Part shown: positions 1-11,162 of the stretch, piece by piece
How the letters are laid out: each line of letters opens with the position of its first letter
Numbering within the stretch: the first letter of the stretch is position 1
From: a virus
Length of the DNA: 64,000 nt
Reading direction: 5' to 3' (one strand)
Virus record (IMG/VR): IMGVR_UViG_3300042526_000402
Coordinates: 71,861-135,860 of that record
The notes under the pieces: model-generated
Seen by the model: the letters and a program-made list of their open reading frames with translations, nothing else
Told to the model about the DNA's origin: nothing
Databases searched by the model: none
Program-made: the position numbers and the translations under genes

Positions 1-762
1 GTCTACATTAAGTTTATAAAGACCTTTTTTCTCAAGCATTTTACCAATATCTTCAGGTACAGATGCAACAAAATCAATATTAGAAATTAATGTACCTAAC
101 TCAACAAATAACTCTTTTATATTAGGAGAAGACATCAGTCTTCCTTTAAAGACATTATTTTTAGCATCCCATTCACCAAAGAAATATGTACTTCTTGATT
201 TAAAAACTTGTAAATTTTCAAACACCTGATTAAATTTTTCTCTAGTAATAGCTTTACCCTCTCTTTTTCTATCCATAAGATTAACATAGTTATTATAGAT
301 ATTATCTATTTCTTCTTCAGGTAGATTTAGGTAAGTACCATTAGATACAATTTTAAAAGAGTTAACATCTGGTAATTCAGATTTTTCTTCTCTCATAAAT
401 TGAGGACCCTCTTCATCAGTATTAGGTACAATTGACTGTTTAGCTATTTCATTTAAAGCATCATACTTACTTTTTAGTACTTGTAATTGTTCAAACAGAG
501 GTACATTAGGCTCTGCTCTTTCAACTTTAAATGTGGTATCTCTATAGTATGTTGAATTTCTTTCATCAAGAATTTTCTTACTTGTTGTATCAAACAGCAT
601 TTGACCATTTGTAACAAGACCATATCTATCAATTGCTAATTGTGTTAGATACTTGTTTGCTTTTTCAAACAATGAGTCATTGATGATTTTTCTTGTATCA
701 TCAATGACTTTTACTTTTCTCAGAGTATTAATTGCATTTACTGTAACTTCACAAACCATCAT
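1..762 (-). CDS. Large virion/ejection protein, N-terminal part only (runs off the window edge)
   Basis: Not in the ORF track. Manual translation from ATG at 762 (TAATG overlap with the RNAP stop) gives MMVCEVTVNAINTLRKVKVIDD...GLYKLNVD, open for 254 codons to position 1. Position after the vRNAP matches the last crAss-like cargo gene. Confidence 0.8.
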   Translation of the reverse strand, partial: MMVCEVTVNAINTLRKVKVIDDTRKIINDSLFEKANKYLTQLAIDRYGLVTNGQMLFDTTSKKILDERNSTYYRDTTFKVERAEPNVPLFEQLQVLKSKYDALNEIAKQSIVPNTDEEGPQFMREEKSELPDVNSFKIVSNGTYLNLPEEEIDNIYNNYVNLMDRKREGKAITREKFNQVFENLQVFKSRSTYFFGEWDAKNNVFKGRLMSSPNIKELFVELGTLISNIDFVASVPEDIGKMLEKKGLYKLNVD

Positions 763-3700
763 TAAGAACATTTAAAAGGATCAGACTCAAAACCATACTT
801 TTGTAAGATCTCATCATCTGACACACCTTGTTTATTATATACTATATCACTTACCTGTTTATTCAAAAGAGAACCTGGATTCAAATATCTTAATTTTTCA
901 TATAACTCTCTACTTAAATATACAAATAAATCTTGAGGCATGAGGTCTGGATTTCCAAATCCTGCTGTAGGAAGTGCTATATCAAACCCTTTTTCTTTAG
1001 CATTTTCAGCTGCACTCAAAATTTTACTCCAGTATTTTTTAATTTCTTCTTTATCATCTGCTGATAAGTTAGCAAAATTATCATCTTTACCATCAGATAT
1101 CAAAACTGGAACAGTCATATCTGGAGCATGTAATTGTAAAATAGATTGGTCAGTAAAGTTTTTGTTTCTACCATCTTGAAGTTCAGAATTAGTATAAGAA
1201 TGTAAGAAAATTACTTTAGAGTTTTTATTTGTAAGATTTTTATAATAAATACTATCTTTATCTACTGAATCATACAAGAATACATTTGGTTCATTAGTCT
1301 CAATTAAATCAGATTTAACATCTACTAATCCTAATGGAGTAGCAAGTGATTCAACACTAGTAGATAGTTGAGTATCATAATCAGTAATATCTTCAGATTT
1401 AATATCCTCAAGCATTTGTTTATATGATTCAGCATGTCTATCTATAGTTTCATCTGATACATTTGCTCTGTTTTCTCCTCTTACTAGTTGTGCTTTAATT
1501 CTTTGTTTGGCTAACTTAGCATTTAATGGCATAAGTTTATATTGAATATTAGCATTAGGTATTGCTTTTTTAATAGCTTCAACAAAAGGTCTTCTTTTAT
1601 CTTTAGTAAGATTGGTAGTATCAAACACTACTTGTTTACCTTGTTTAATAGCTTGTATAGCTCTATTAGCTGCTTCAATATAAATCTCTTTGTCTTTAGA
1701 TTTATTATTTATATCTCCTGTAAATTCAACTCTCATTGCATCAGGTTCTATGACTACTAAATTTTCTTGAGGTAAAGACTTTATAAATGTAGATTTACCA
1801 CTTCCGCTTGTTCCTATGGGAAGTATTACATCAGCTTGCTGTTGAGTTTTTGTCTTACTAACTTTAATTTTATTAATGTCAAAATTTGTTAAGTAACTTT
1901 TGAACTCTTTTTTAGTTGGGTTAGTCACCTTGTTATTAGCAAATTCAAATTTTTGTAAGTAATCACTAAGTAAATACTCTCTTCTTTCTGGATCATTTTC
2001 TAATACATTTAAAACTTCATTACCGGCATCTTGTATAATATCAATTACTTTAGTATAATCCACAAATGGAACTAGGTTATATGATGATTTGTTTATACCT
2101 GATTGCAAGTATGCAAAGATCGGAAGCATAGAAAACACCTCTGTTATTTTCTTTATGTCAGCATCATTAAGCTTTAAAGCTTTGGCATAATTTTTTAAAA
2201 CTACTGGATTAGCTAAGTCTTTTAAGTTACTAATATACATGTTAGCTTTAGTACTGTTAATATCTCTATCAGCAATACCTAAGTTAAATATAGTTTGGTC
2301 AAAATTTGATTCTGATTTTAATACTGCTAAAACATCAAACTTTCTAACTAAATCTGGATACTCATTTATGATTTTAGATACTCTATTACCATATGCTGTA
2401 TCTGCATTATTAAATAAGTGATAGAAATTAAAAGTATTATCTAATGCTTTTTCTGCTAAAAACTTTTCATACTCAGCTTTAGATTGAGAGTCTTCTTTAG
2501 GGAAAACACTTCTTAAATATTCTCTTTCTATAACAAACTTTTTGTACTGTTCAAAGTTTTGATCTTTTTCAAGTGCTGTAAAAGTCATAGGATCTACTTG
2601 GTGTAGACCTAATACAACATATGGGTTATCATCCTCAACATCATCTGTAGACCATGCGTTGTTTTCAAATTGTAATTTTAAAACTGAATCATTTACAAAT
2701 AAAGTTTTTGAACCATTGTTATTTGTTTTAACATATGCTCCAAAATATTTAGACTCAAAGTTTTTAACAGCCAGTTCTTCTTTTAAATCATAAGACATGT
2801 ATGTGTCTCCTAATTTGCTTTTAAGTAAAGCATTTTGGAATATATAACTTACAAAATCATTTCTAAATGCATTAATGAACTGCTTCTCATTATCTTCACC
2901 AAAAGTTTTTTTCAACACATCATCTAATTTACGTGTCTTCTTTAAGTCAATTATATAATTACTAAATGCTTTGTTATATCTCAATTTAAACAAAGGTTTA
3001 CTTAATGCTAGTGCTAGAGGTCCATTAAAGAAGGAACTGATAACAGAATCTTTCATTAAACTATTAATCAAAGGAGAAAGAACCTCATCTTCTAATAAAT
3101 CTTCTATTGTGCTCTCAGATAACTCAATATTTGATAACGTAGTATTAGTATTAGTATCAGGATTTGCATTCATCTTAATCTTAGTTATACCCTTGATTTG
3201 ATCTTCAATCTTCAAGTAATGTAAAAACAGTAACAAAGATTTGTTCTCTTTCTTTATATCTGGGTTAACAGAAGATTTTTCAATTAAATCCAACAAACTT
3301 TTTTCTGAAAAGAATTTATCTTCTCTACCTTTAAAAGCAGCTTCTAAAAGCTTATCTGCAGTATCTAATATAACAGCACCTTTTGCATTAGAAGGAAGTA
3401 TGTTTGTAGGAAAATTTTTAGCTATGACATTTTTCATAGCACTGAATTTAACCAATCCTCTAGAATCAACAGCTTTACCTAACATAGGTGCAAAAGTGGA
3501 ACCAATTAAACGTTGTTGTTCTACATAATCTCTAACTAATGGTTGTGACACAAAGTAAATAGCTTCTTTAACAGGTACTCCTGCTTTGATTAAAAACAAT
3601 AATACAGGTGCTACTTCATAGTTACCTTGAATAAAGAAAATCCAGGCATCTTTTTCAACATCCACCCAACCATTGATTGCTTGTGAGAATACATCTGATA

Positions 3701-6700
3701 TTTTATTTATATTATCAACATCATAGATATCTGAAAGAGAAATTCTTTTTTCTCCATCTACATCCATAGTTCTATGTCTTAGGGCAAGAGTAACATTTCT
3801 TGTTGTCTCTTTATCACCAGACTTACTCAAATAAGTGTTAGGAAGATTTGCTCCTATAGAATTAAACAAGATATTAAATGTATTTTCAATAGCTCCTAAA
3901 CCTAATGTAGCTTTACCAATCATGTTAGACTCATGCTTATATAAGTTATATCTTGTTTCAAGAATTCTTGTAGGGCTAAGTTGTTTATCCTTACCTTCTG
4001 TCATCTTAGTACCAAAAGGATTATAATCCATAACATATTTAGCTAATTCATCAGCTGTTTCTTTAAGTAAGAAAGTACCATTAGGTGTAATTAGAGATAC
4101 AAAGTTTTCAGGTAATTCTAATATTGCTTTGACATCTTTAATTAACTCATTTTCTAAACCTGCTTTTTGTTGTTTAAATAACTCATTTAAAGATTCACCT
4201 GCAGCATTTTTTTCTTTTACAGTTTTTTTAACAGCTTCAATATCAGCTAATGTTGGTTTAATTAATTCACCATTTAAACCAATATTAGTCATGAATATTG
4301 TAAGTTTATCAATATCAAAGTCACCCCCTGACTTAGCAACTATCTCAGCTGGAGGTATGATAATATTACCTGCTTGAGCTGGTAAGAATTGATAAACTTC
4401 CATAAACTCCATAGAGTTTAGACCCTGAACCGGAATCCTAACCCCTACAAGAGTTATTGCTTTTCTGTTAGCACCATCATTTGCATCTAACCATTCATCA
4501 TCTTTGATTGCTCGGTTTAATCTATCTATAGTCTCAACAGTTTCCCCTTTATATTCAAGATTCAACAAGTTAGCATAGTCCCCCTGTAATGCAATCATAA
4601 CCTTCATTGCTGCAGTTTTACCATCCGCCTTCTTATGATATGTAGGAAGTACATTGCTACCAACCCATTTTTTCTTTTCTTCATCTGTAGCATTTCTGAA
4701 ATTTTCTGTTTTAGTAACATTGTTTTCATACATTGCAGAAGACACTTGAACTAATGGTTCACCTTTAATTTTTTGCTTAATGATTCTTTTATTAATCATA
4801 GACAAAAGCACTTTCTCAATTTTAAGTACTTCAGGGTGATACGATAAGTCTATTGCAATCTCACCAGAATCTAATGCATCAATAAAGTCTATCAATTCAT
4901 TTCCATAAGCATCTTCTCTTTCTAGGTTAGCTCTAATAAGTTCTAACAATTTAGAAATACTGTCTTTATCTCTTGGTGCATATTCTCCTTCAGATACTTC
5001 ATCATAACCAATTTCTTCAAGTAATTCTAACTTAACTAACTCAGTATAATCACTTACATCTTTTAAGTATTTCTCAACAATTGGTTTAGCACTTGGAGAA
5101 ATAATATCACCATTTTTATATAAGTTGTCTAAAATCAACTTTCTCATCTGAGTAGAAAATATAGACTTGCCTTTAAATTCAGCATTTACTTCAGTTTGAT
5201 TCTTTAAGAATTCTGTAAAGATTGTATTAACAGTAAACTTACTGTCTTTAAGGAAGTTACCATCTTTATCAAAGATCTCATCACCATTTCCTACATGACC
5301 AATTTTAGAACCAGATTGATAAACAACATAGTCTACTTTATCTTGCATCATTTTTAAATGTAAATCATAAAGTGGTGTACCTTTTATTGCTACACCCGGT
5401 ATGATTGGATTAAGGGAAAACTTATGAAAAGATGTTACTGGTAATAATTCTGATTGCATATTTCCAGCATACTGTAATTTATAAGGAGGAAAAAATTTAA
5501 CTATATCTACTACAGAAACTTCTTCACCTTTAGCAATTTTTGTATAAAGTTCTTCTTGCTCTGGTAACCAGTTTCCTTCAAGATTTTTTAATTTTCTGTA
5601 ACCTTCAAAAGTAACATGACCTTGACCATCACCAATCTCCATACCTCTATAACCTTTAAGTGTTATTTCAGTAAGTTCTTTTGCTTTGGCTTTGTCTTTT
5701 AATCTTGAGTAGTAATCATCATATACAGCATCATAGTACTCATTATAATAAATTGACTCATCTACAACTCTTTCTTTTAAAATAGCAGTTTTCAAAGTAC
5801 CATCAAAATTTCTTGATGTTACACCATCATTAGCAAATGATTCTGCATAGATGTTTGGTAATGAATTTACATAAGTTAGTATTTTCATATCTGCAGAGAA
5901 GCTTCTACCACCCCCGCCAAAACCAGCATTTCTTTTATGGAATTCTTCTTTAGCGTGATTATACTGTGCAAAGTCTCCATATATTAAAACAGCAGTTTCA
6001 AATTTATGCATCCAAGAGTTGTAAGTATAGGCCTTCATCAAGGTCTCATTTACTTGCTCATTGGAAAGTTTTTCAAAACCAGGTACTCTTTCTTTTAATC
6101 CAGAGTCAATATATTTAGCTTTTTCTAATTCAGCTAGATTCTCTTCTGTAAGGGCTTGAAAGTATGCTGTAACATCTTTCTCTATTCTTGCTCTTAAATT
6201 AGGATTAGAGTTAATTACATCCATCATGTCAAAAGAAGTATCTTTAGTGTCTACTGCATTATCTATGATAGCATATAATTCTGTTTGTGTTTCTTCTGTA
6301 AGAACGTCATCAAATGCAGTAAATGCATTCCCAGCCATTGTCTCAGTTTTGTTCTTATCTTTTCTTTGTACCTTTCTGTTATAACCCTTGTAGTTTTTGA
6401 GAACATCTTTGTTTAAACCAAACTTAAATATTCTATTAGACTCAGCCATTATGTAGCCAGCAATGATATCAAAAGCTCTTGATTCACCAGGACCATATGG
6501 AGCAAAGTTTTTAATGTCTACATATAACTTACTGTCATCTTTAATAACACCTGTATCAATTTTACCAGTTACAGTCAAACCTTGAGCCATTTGTTTAGAT
6601 GCATGTCTCATAAATTCCTCAACTCCATTCATCAACATAGTGTGAATCTCTTGTAAGAATTTACTTGTTTTGTCCATAGAAGCTGTAGAAATACCTTCTT

Positions 6701-9700
6701 TCTTTTCCTTACCACCTTTTCTATCTTCTATTAACTGTGTACCAGCAACATTATTGATTAGTAAAGAGTTGTTTAATCTGCTTCCGTCAGGTTTTTTCTT
6801 ATCTCTCAAATTAAAAATAGAAGCTAATAATTGAGAATGTAAAGAATAAGGATTGATATCTTCAGATAACCAACGCATGTGTTGGAACTTGTTACTTGGA
6901 TCAGCTTGAACTCTTGTAAGTTCTTGCCATGATTTAGCGTGATTAATAGAAGTAATTACTCTTGTTGTTGTACTATCTAAGAAATGCTCCCATACTCTAT
7001 TTCCTTCAGGACTTAAAGCACTAAAATTTGAGTACTTATCAGAATTAGCAGCTTGTATTTTTGCTAATTCTTTTACTCTACTGTTTGAAACATTAGTTTT
7101 AGTATTAGTAATAGGGTCCTTAGTAACACCCTCCATTATATATTTGATAGGATTAGATGCAATAAATCTTGCTTCAACATTTGATGATGCTACAGCAGCT
7201 CTAATAGTTTTAAATATTTGGTCTACACCATATTTAATACCAAATTTTGGATCATCTACTATGTCTTTGATAGCTTTATTTGTATAATCTAATCTTATAC
7301 CTACAGCATCTAAGAAGTCTTTTGATAATTCTGATTTAAAGTTTCCTTGCTTATCTGTAAAAGTGCTAAAAACTTTTTTGATATCTAATACATACTTACT
7401 TTCTATTTCATCAAAAATTAAAAATTTGTTTGTAGATGGGATATCCATAACAAAACCGAAATTCCAATCTCTAATCACACTTGTTACAGGAAAGTCTGCT
7501 TTAGCCATTCTTGCATCATAAACAGCATCATTGTTTTTAGCAGGAGTTTTGTTTATGTTTAATTGCAAGTAAGAAATTCTTGGTTTCTTTAAATCTTGCC
7601 AAAAGTTCACATCTATACTAAACTCAGTATTGTCTTTGTATGTGGTAGAAGATGGGTTAGGTAGTAAACTTAAAAGTTGTTTTATCTCAGGTTCTGATTT
7701 AATTGCATTTTGTAACTTGGTATACATCTCAACTTTATCAAAAGATCCCGCAAGAATTTTAGCAAGCTTATTCCAAATAATATTAAAATCTACTAATATA
7801 GGTTCTCCAAACTCATTTAACTCATACTCAATATTAAACTTAGTCACACCATCTACAACCTCAGAAGTAAATTTACTTCTGTCAACTTTATAGATACTAC
7901 TTAAAATAGTTTTAGTAGCTTCACTAGCTTCATCTTTTGATGATATAGTATTTCCACTATCTAATTTAAATGTTTGAGATTGCTGCATGTTTGTAGGATC
8001 ATTATCAACTTCTACATAAGTATTTGCTAGAATTTTAAATCTTGAGTTTTCCAAGTGATATGTAACAACTCCAGACTTTTGACTTCCTTCTACAGATTCC
8101 CTTACATCTCCAAAATTGGTAATCATTTTTTCAATGAACACCAAATTACTTAAAAGATTATCTGGAACATCTTCACCATTTATTGCTAATTCTGCAGTCT
8201 GTCTTTTAAGATTTTCAAACATTGTTTTCAATCTCTTTTGAACAGTCTCATACATAGCAACACGGTTACTATTGTTGTAAAGAATTTTAATAGCACCTCC
8301 TGAATTATCCTTAGCTTTATTATAAGCCATGAATATTTTTGGTAGGATACTATCAATTAAACTTGCAGCCTTCAAAGACTCTGATTCTGTAAATTCAGTG
8401 TATTGACTTTTAAATTCTTTAAGGGGTCTGATTACTTTAGCTCTGTTAAGTTTAGTAAACATAAGGTTCTCTGTAGAAGGTTGCATATGTTGCAATAGCT
8501 CTGGTCTATTAGATGCCTCATATAACTTATCAAACAGTTCTTTAACTGCAGGAATATCTCTTGGTCTTAGTACAGCTTGTGTTCTAGACACTTTACCAAA
8601 GATGTTATTTAAGAACTGGTATATTCTTCTGAATATTTCACCCAAAAATCCTTTAGGTTCTTCTTTTTTACCTTTGCTTTTAGCATAATCTCTAAAATCT
8701 TCAGCAATATCTTCTTCAATTTCAAAGAAAGAGTTGTTGGCCCACTTTGGTTGGCCCTTTAATTCACTGTATAATTTAATTTTTTCTGCTTTTGTTAAGA
8801 ATAACTGCGAGAATCCGTGCCATGCTTCATGATATATATCTATTGGAGTACCTCCATCACCTTCATAAAGTGTAATACCAGTACCCATAAATGTTGCAAA
8901 AGCATCTGAGTTTACAACTTTTGATATTCTTTCTAAACCAATAAGACCTAAATGTTTATACTTTTTATTTTTTGCATGCTGACTATCTTTATTCAATGGA
9001 GAATTTTTCCACCAATCTTCAGCTGCTGCTTTGTCAGCTTCAGTAGTAAATAACTTATCTAAAAAAGTTTCCAGTCTTTTATTTCTTTCAAACATATCTG
9101 CATCAAAATCATCATCAAGATCCTCTGGCATGTCTGATAAATCTACTTTATCTATTGTATCATCAGTAATAAAATTTACTTCTTCTTCAAATGGTATTTC
9201 TTCTGAAACAGCTTCTGTTGCAATTCTACTCTCTTTATATTTTTCTTCATTAGTTTTAGGAGGAGCTGAGTTTACTTTTACATTTTCTGCTTCAATTGCA
9301 TATTCAGAATCTCCCATGTATTCAGCCGGAATCTCATATGTTAAATATGGATTATTACCATAAGCAAATTTTGCATATTCAACACTAAAATTAGCTTTAG
9401 CATAATTTTTAATAAAAGGAATATACATTACAGTATTAACAGTAATCTTATCACCATTCACCTCATAATCTGGAAAGTAACCAAGAGCCTTTACTTTCTC
9501 ATTAAACTGTACTGAAGCAGGATAACTGTTACCTTTTTTTGAAGTTTTATTAACTTTAAGATGACCTTTAATTATAGCTTTAGCTTTATCTGTGTATAAT
9601 TCATCTCCTTTTATTACAGTTTCTTTACCTTCAAAATCTTTAATACTAACTACTAGAGCACCATCTTTAATTTTAACAGTAATATTTTCTCTGTTGTATT

Positions 9701-11162
9701 TACCGTAAAAACCATTACCTGATTTTTCTAAACTATTATCAATAAATATTTCAAAATAAGCTTGTCTTTGCTCATTATCTAGTTCTTTACCTGTTGGAAG
9801 TTTAGCCTTTGTTGTTAAAACAGTTGCAACTTTTTCTGCAAGATTTTCATCAAAATCACCCCTTTGCATATCAATGATTTGCGGAATTTTTCCTACAGGA
9901 GTATCAACATGTACAGTAATAACAGGTCTACCTTTTTTAGTATTATTTTCATCTTTAATGATGTCATAAGTAGCTAAATCTTCTTCAGTAATACCAAGTT
10001 GTGATATTGGTTTAGCATATACTTCTGGAGCAATACCTAAACTACCACCAGTTATATTTAATTTAACAGGATTCTCAGATGACTCAACTTCTTTTCTTAG
10101 TTTATATAAACCATTCATCAAAGCAGTTTGCTCTTCAAATATTTCTTGAGCTCTTATATCAACCCAATCATTATCTATTTCACCACCTTGTGCAGCAAGT
10201 ATATCAGCTTCTCTATTTGCTATCTTTAATGCATCAACAAGAGTATTTTTGTATCTGTATAATTTTCTGTTTTCACCTTTACCAAGCGTTCTGCTGTATA
10301 ATAAAGTAAGTACACCATCAATCTTTTCAACTTTTCTTAAAAATGTATATACAACTGTTCCATTTTCAGCATCAGTTATGTTACCTTCTTTATCAAAGAA
10401 AAGGTAATTACCATCTGTATCAGTGATAACAGCATATATACCTACAGATTCACTATCTTCAGAACTTAGGTGCTCTGCTAATTTATATTCATTAGGAAAA
10501 GCTGATGACTTAGTTGCTGATAATATAATTGGAGTATCACCATATAAAACTTCAGTCTCATTAATAGAGCTGAAATTTATAGCAGCAATAATATTTTTTT
10601 GAACAATATTAAATACTGTTTTTTTAGGGTCATCAGGATTTCTATCATCTCCTTTTTTAAAACCTGCAGGATTTTTAGATGCTGATGTTTGTAAACTTGT
10701 TACATTAGGAAATTCAATTTTAGCAGAATTTCTACTTTCTAAATCTGATTGACTTAACTCACTATCATCAGAAATTACAACATCCTCTTTGGTTTTGTTT
10801 ATTTCTTTAAGCTTGTTTTCAACATCATCAAATGTTTCTTGTTCCTCTACAACATATTCACTAACTTTTTCAAGATCTTGAAATTGTCTACGCAAAGATC
10901 TTATAATATTAGTATCAAAGTCCATTTCATCTAAAAGGTCATTGATTTTACTATTGTTGCTAACTATATTAAAAATATCAGGAACTGCTTGTGCATATTG
11001 CAAAGCTTTTCCTGTATCTTCTGTAGCTTCAAGAACTCCATTATAAATCTTTTTTATTAACCCTTTTAAATCAAAACTTTCTGAAGGGTTAGCTCCAGAA
11101 AGTTTTTTATAGATTAATTTATATACATCACCAATTTGGTCTTCATTAAGTGAACAAGCCAT
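762..11162 (-). CDS. Virion-packaged DNA-dependent RNA polymerase polyprotein (crAss-like, phi14:2 gp66 type) with zincin and P-loop kinase domains
   Basis: 3466 aa. Catalytic DxDxD motif in SGGDFDIDK (4305-4322), preceded by RIPVQG and DGQG motifs typical of crAss-like vRNAPs. HEAWH...EEDIAEDF zincin motif (8817-8831). GTSGSGKST P-loop (1788-1814). Confidence 0.92.
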   Translation of the reverse strand: MACSLNEDQIGDVYKLIYKKLSGANPSESFDLKGLIKKIYNGVLEATEDTGKALQYAQAVPDIFNIVSNNSKINDLLDEMDFDTNIIRSLRRQFQDLEKVSEYVVEEQETFDDVENKLKEINKTKEDVVISDDSELSQSDLESRNSAKIEFPNVTSLQTSASKNPAGFKKGDDRNPDDPKKTVFNIVQKNIIAAINFSSINETEVLYGDTPIILSATKSSAFPNEYKLAEHLSSEDSESVGIYAVITDTDGNYLFFDKEGNITDAENGTVVYTFLRKVEKIDGVLTLLYSRTLGKGENRKLYRYKNTLVDALKIANREADILAAQGGEIDNDWVDIRAQEIFEEQTALMNGLYKLRKEVESSENPVKLNITGGSLGIAPEVYAKPISQLGITEEDLATYDIIKDENNTKKGRPVITVHVDTPVGKIPQIIDMQRGDFDENLAEKVATVLTTKAKLPTGKELDNEQRQAYFEIFIDNSLEKSGNGFYGKYNRENITVKIKDGALVVSIKDFEGKETVIKGDELYTDKAKAIIKGHLKVNKTSKKGNSYPASVQFNEKVKALGYFPDYEVNGDKITVNTVMYIPFIKNYAKANFSVEYAKFAYGNNPYLTYEIPAEYMGDSEYAIEAENVKVNSAPPKTNEEKYKESRIATEAVSEEIPFEEEVNFITDDTIDKVDLSDMPEDLDDDFDADMFERNKRLETFLDKLFTTEADKAAAEDWWKNSPLNKDSQHAKNKKYKHLGLIGLERISKVVNSDAFATFMGTGITLYEGDGGTPIDIYHEAWHGFSQLFLTKAEKIKLYSELKGQPKWANNSFFEIEEDIAEDFRDYAKSKGKKEEPKGFLGEIFRRIYQFLNNIFGKVSRTQAVLRPRDIPAVKELFDKLYEASNRPELLQHMQPSTENLMFTKLNRAKVIRPLKEFKSQYTEFTESESLKAASLIDSILPKIFMAYNKAKDNSGGAIKILYNNSNRVAMYETVQKRLKTMFENLKRQTAELAINGEDVPDNLLSNLVFIEKMITNFGDVRESVEGSQKSGVVTYHLENSRFKILANTYVEVDNDPTNMQQSQTFKLDSGNTISSKDEASEATKTILSSIYKVDRSKFTSEVVDGVTKFNIEYELNEFGEPILVDFNIIWNKLAKILAGSFDKVEMYTKLQNAIKSEPEIKQLLSLLPNPSSTTYKDNTEFSIDVNFWQDLKKPRISYLQLNINKTPAKNNDAVYDARMAKADFPVTSVIRDWNFGFVMDIPSTNKFLIFDEIESKYVLDIKKVFSTFTDKQGNFKSELSKDFLDAVGIRLDYTNKAIKDIVDDPKFGIKYGVDQIFKTIRAAVASSNVEARFIASNPIKYIMEGVTKDPITNTKTNVSNSRVKELAKIQAANSDKYSNFSALSPEGNRVWEHFLDSTTTRVITSINHAKSWQELTRVQADPSNKFQHMRWLSEDINPYSLHSQLLASIFNLRDKKKPDGSRLNNSLLINNVAGTQLIEDRKGGKEKKEGISTASMDKTSKFLQEIHTMLMNGVEEFMRHASKQMAQGLTVTGKIDTGVIKDDSKLYVDIKNFAPYGPGESRAFDIIAGYIMAESNRIFKFGLNKDVLKNYKGYNRKVQRKDKNKTETMAGNAFTAFDDVLTEETQTELYAIIDNAVDTKDTSFDMMDVINSNPNLRARIEKDVTAYFQALTEENLAELEKAKYIDSGLKERVPGFEKLSNEQVNETLMKAYTYNSWMHKFETAVLIYGDFAQYNHAKEEFHKRNAGFGGGGRSFSADMKILTYVNSLPNIYAESFANDGVTSRNFDGTLKTAILKERVVDESIYYNEYYDAVYDDYYSRLKDKAKAKELTEITLKGYRGMEIGDGQGHVTFEGYRKLKNLEGNWLPEQEELYTKIAKGEEVSVVDIVKFFPPYKLQYAGNMQSELLPVTSFHKFSLNPIIPGVAIKGTPLYDLHLKMMQDKVDYVVYQSGSKIGHVGNGDEIFDKDGNFLKDSKFTVNTIFTEFLKNQTEVNAEFKGKSIFSTQMRKLILDNLYKNGDIISPSAKPIVEKYLKDVSDYTELVKLELLEEIGYDEVSEGEYAPRDKDSISKLLELIRANLEREDAYGNELIDFIDALDSGEIAIDLSYHPEVLKIEKVLLSMINKRIIKQKIKGEPLVQVSSAMYENNVTKTENFRNATDEEKKKWVGSNVLPTYHKKADGKTAAMKVMIALQGDYANLLNLEYKGETVETIDRLNRAIKDDEWLDANDGANRKAITLVGVRIPVQGLNSMEFMEVYQFLPAQAGNIIIPPAEIVAKSGGDFDIDKLTIFMTNIGLNGELIKPTLADIEAVKKTVKEKNAAGESLNELFKQQKAGLENELIKDVKAILELPENFVSLITPNGTFLLKETADELAKYVMDYNPFGTKMTEGKDKQLSPTRILETRYNLYKHESNMIGKATLGLGAIENTFNILFNSIGANLPNTYLSKSGDKETTRNVTLALRHRTMDVDGEKRISLSDIYDVDNINKISDVFSQAINGWVDVEKDAWIFFIQGNYEVAPVLLFLIKAGVPVKEAIYFVSQPLVRDYVEQQRLIGSTFAPMLGKAVDSRGLVKFSAMKNVIAKNFPTNILPSNAKGAVILDTADKLLEAAFKGREDKFFSEKSLLDLIEKSSVNPDIKKENKSLLLFLHYLKIEDQIKGITKIKMNANPDTNTNTTLSNIELSESTIEDLLEDEVLSPLINSLMKDSVISSFFNGPLALALSKPLFKLRYNKAFSNYIIDLKKTRKLDDVLKKTFGEDNEKQFINAFRNDFVSYIFQNALLKSKLGDTYMSYDLKEELAVKNFESKYFGAYVKTNNNGSKTLFVNDSVLKLQFENNAWSTDDVEDDNPYVVLGLHQVDPMTFTALEKDQNFEQYKKFVIEREYLRSVFPKEDSQSKAEYEKFLAEKALDNTFNFYHLFNNADTAYGNRVSKIINEYPDLVRKFDVLAVLKSESNFDQTIFNLGIADRDINSTKANMYISNLKDLANPVVLKNYAKALKLNDADIKKITEVFSMLPIFAYLQSGINKSSYNLVPFVDYTKVIDIIQDAGNEVLNVLENDPERREYLLSDYLQKFEFANNKVTNPTKKEFKSYLTNFDINKIKVSKTKTQQQADVILPIGTSGSGKSTFIKSLPQENLVVIEPDAMRVEFTGDINNKSKDKEIYIEAANRAIQAIKQGKQVVFDTTNLTKDKRRPFVEAIKKAIPNANIQYKLMPLNAKLAKQRIKAQLVRGENRANVSDETIDRHAESYKQMLEDIKSEDITDYDTQLSTSVESLATPLGLVDVKSDLIETNEPNVFLYDSVDKDSIYYKNLTNKNSKVIFLHSYTNSELQDGRNKNFTDQSILQLHAPDMTVPVLISDGKDDNFANLSADDKEEIKKYWSKILSAAENAKEKGFDIALPTAGFGNPDLMPQDLFVYLSRELYEKLRYLNPGSLLNKQVSDIVYNKQGVSDDEILQKYGFESDPFKCS

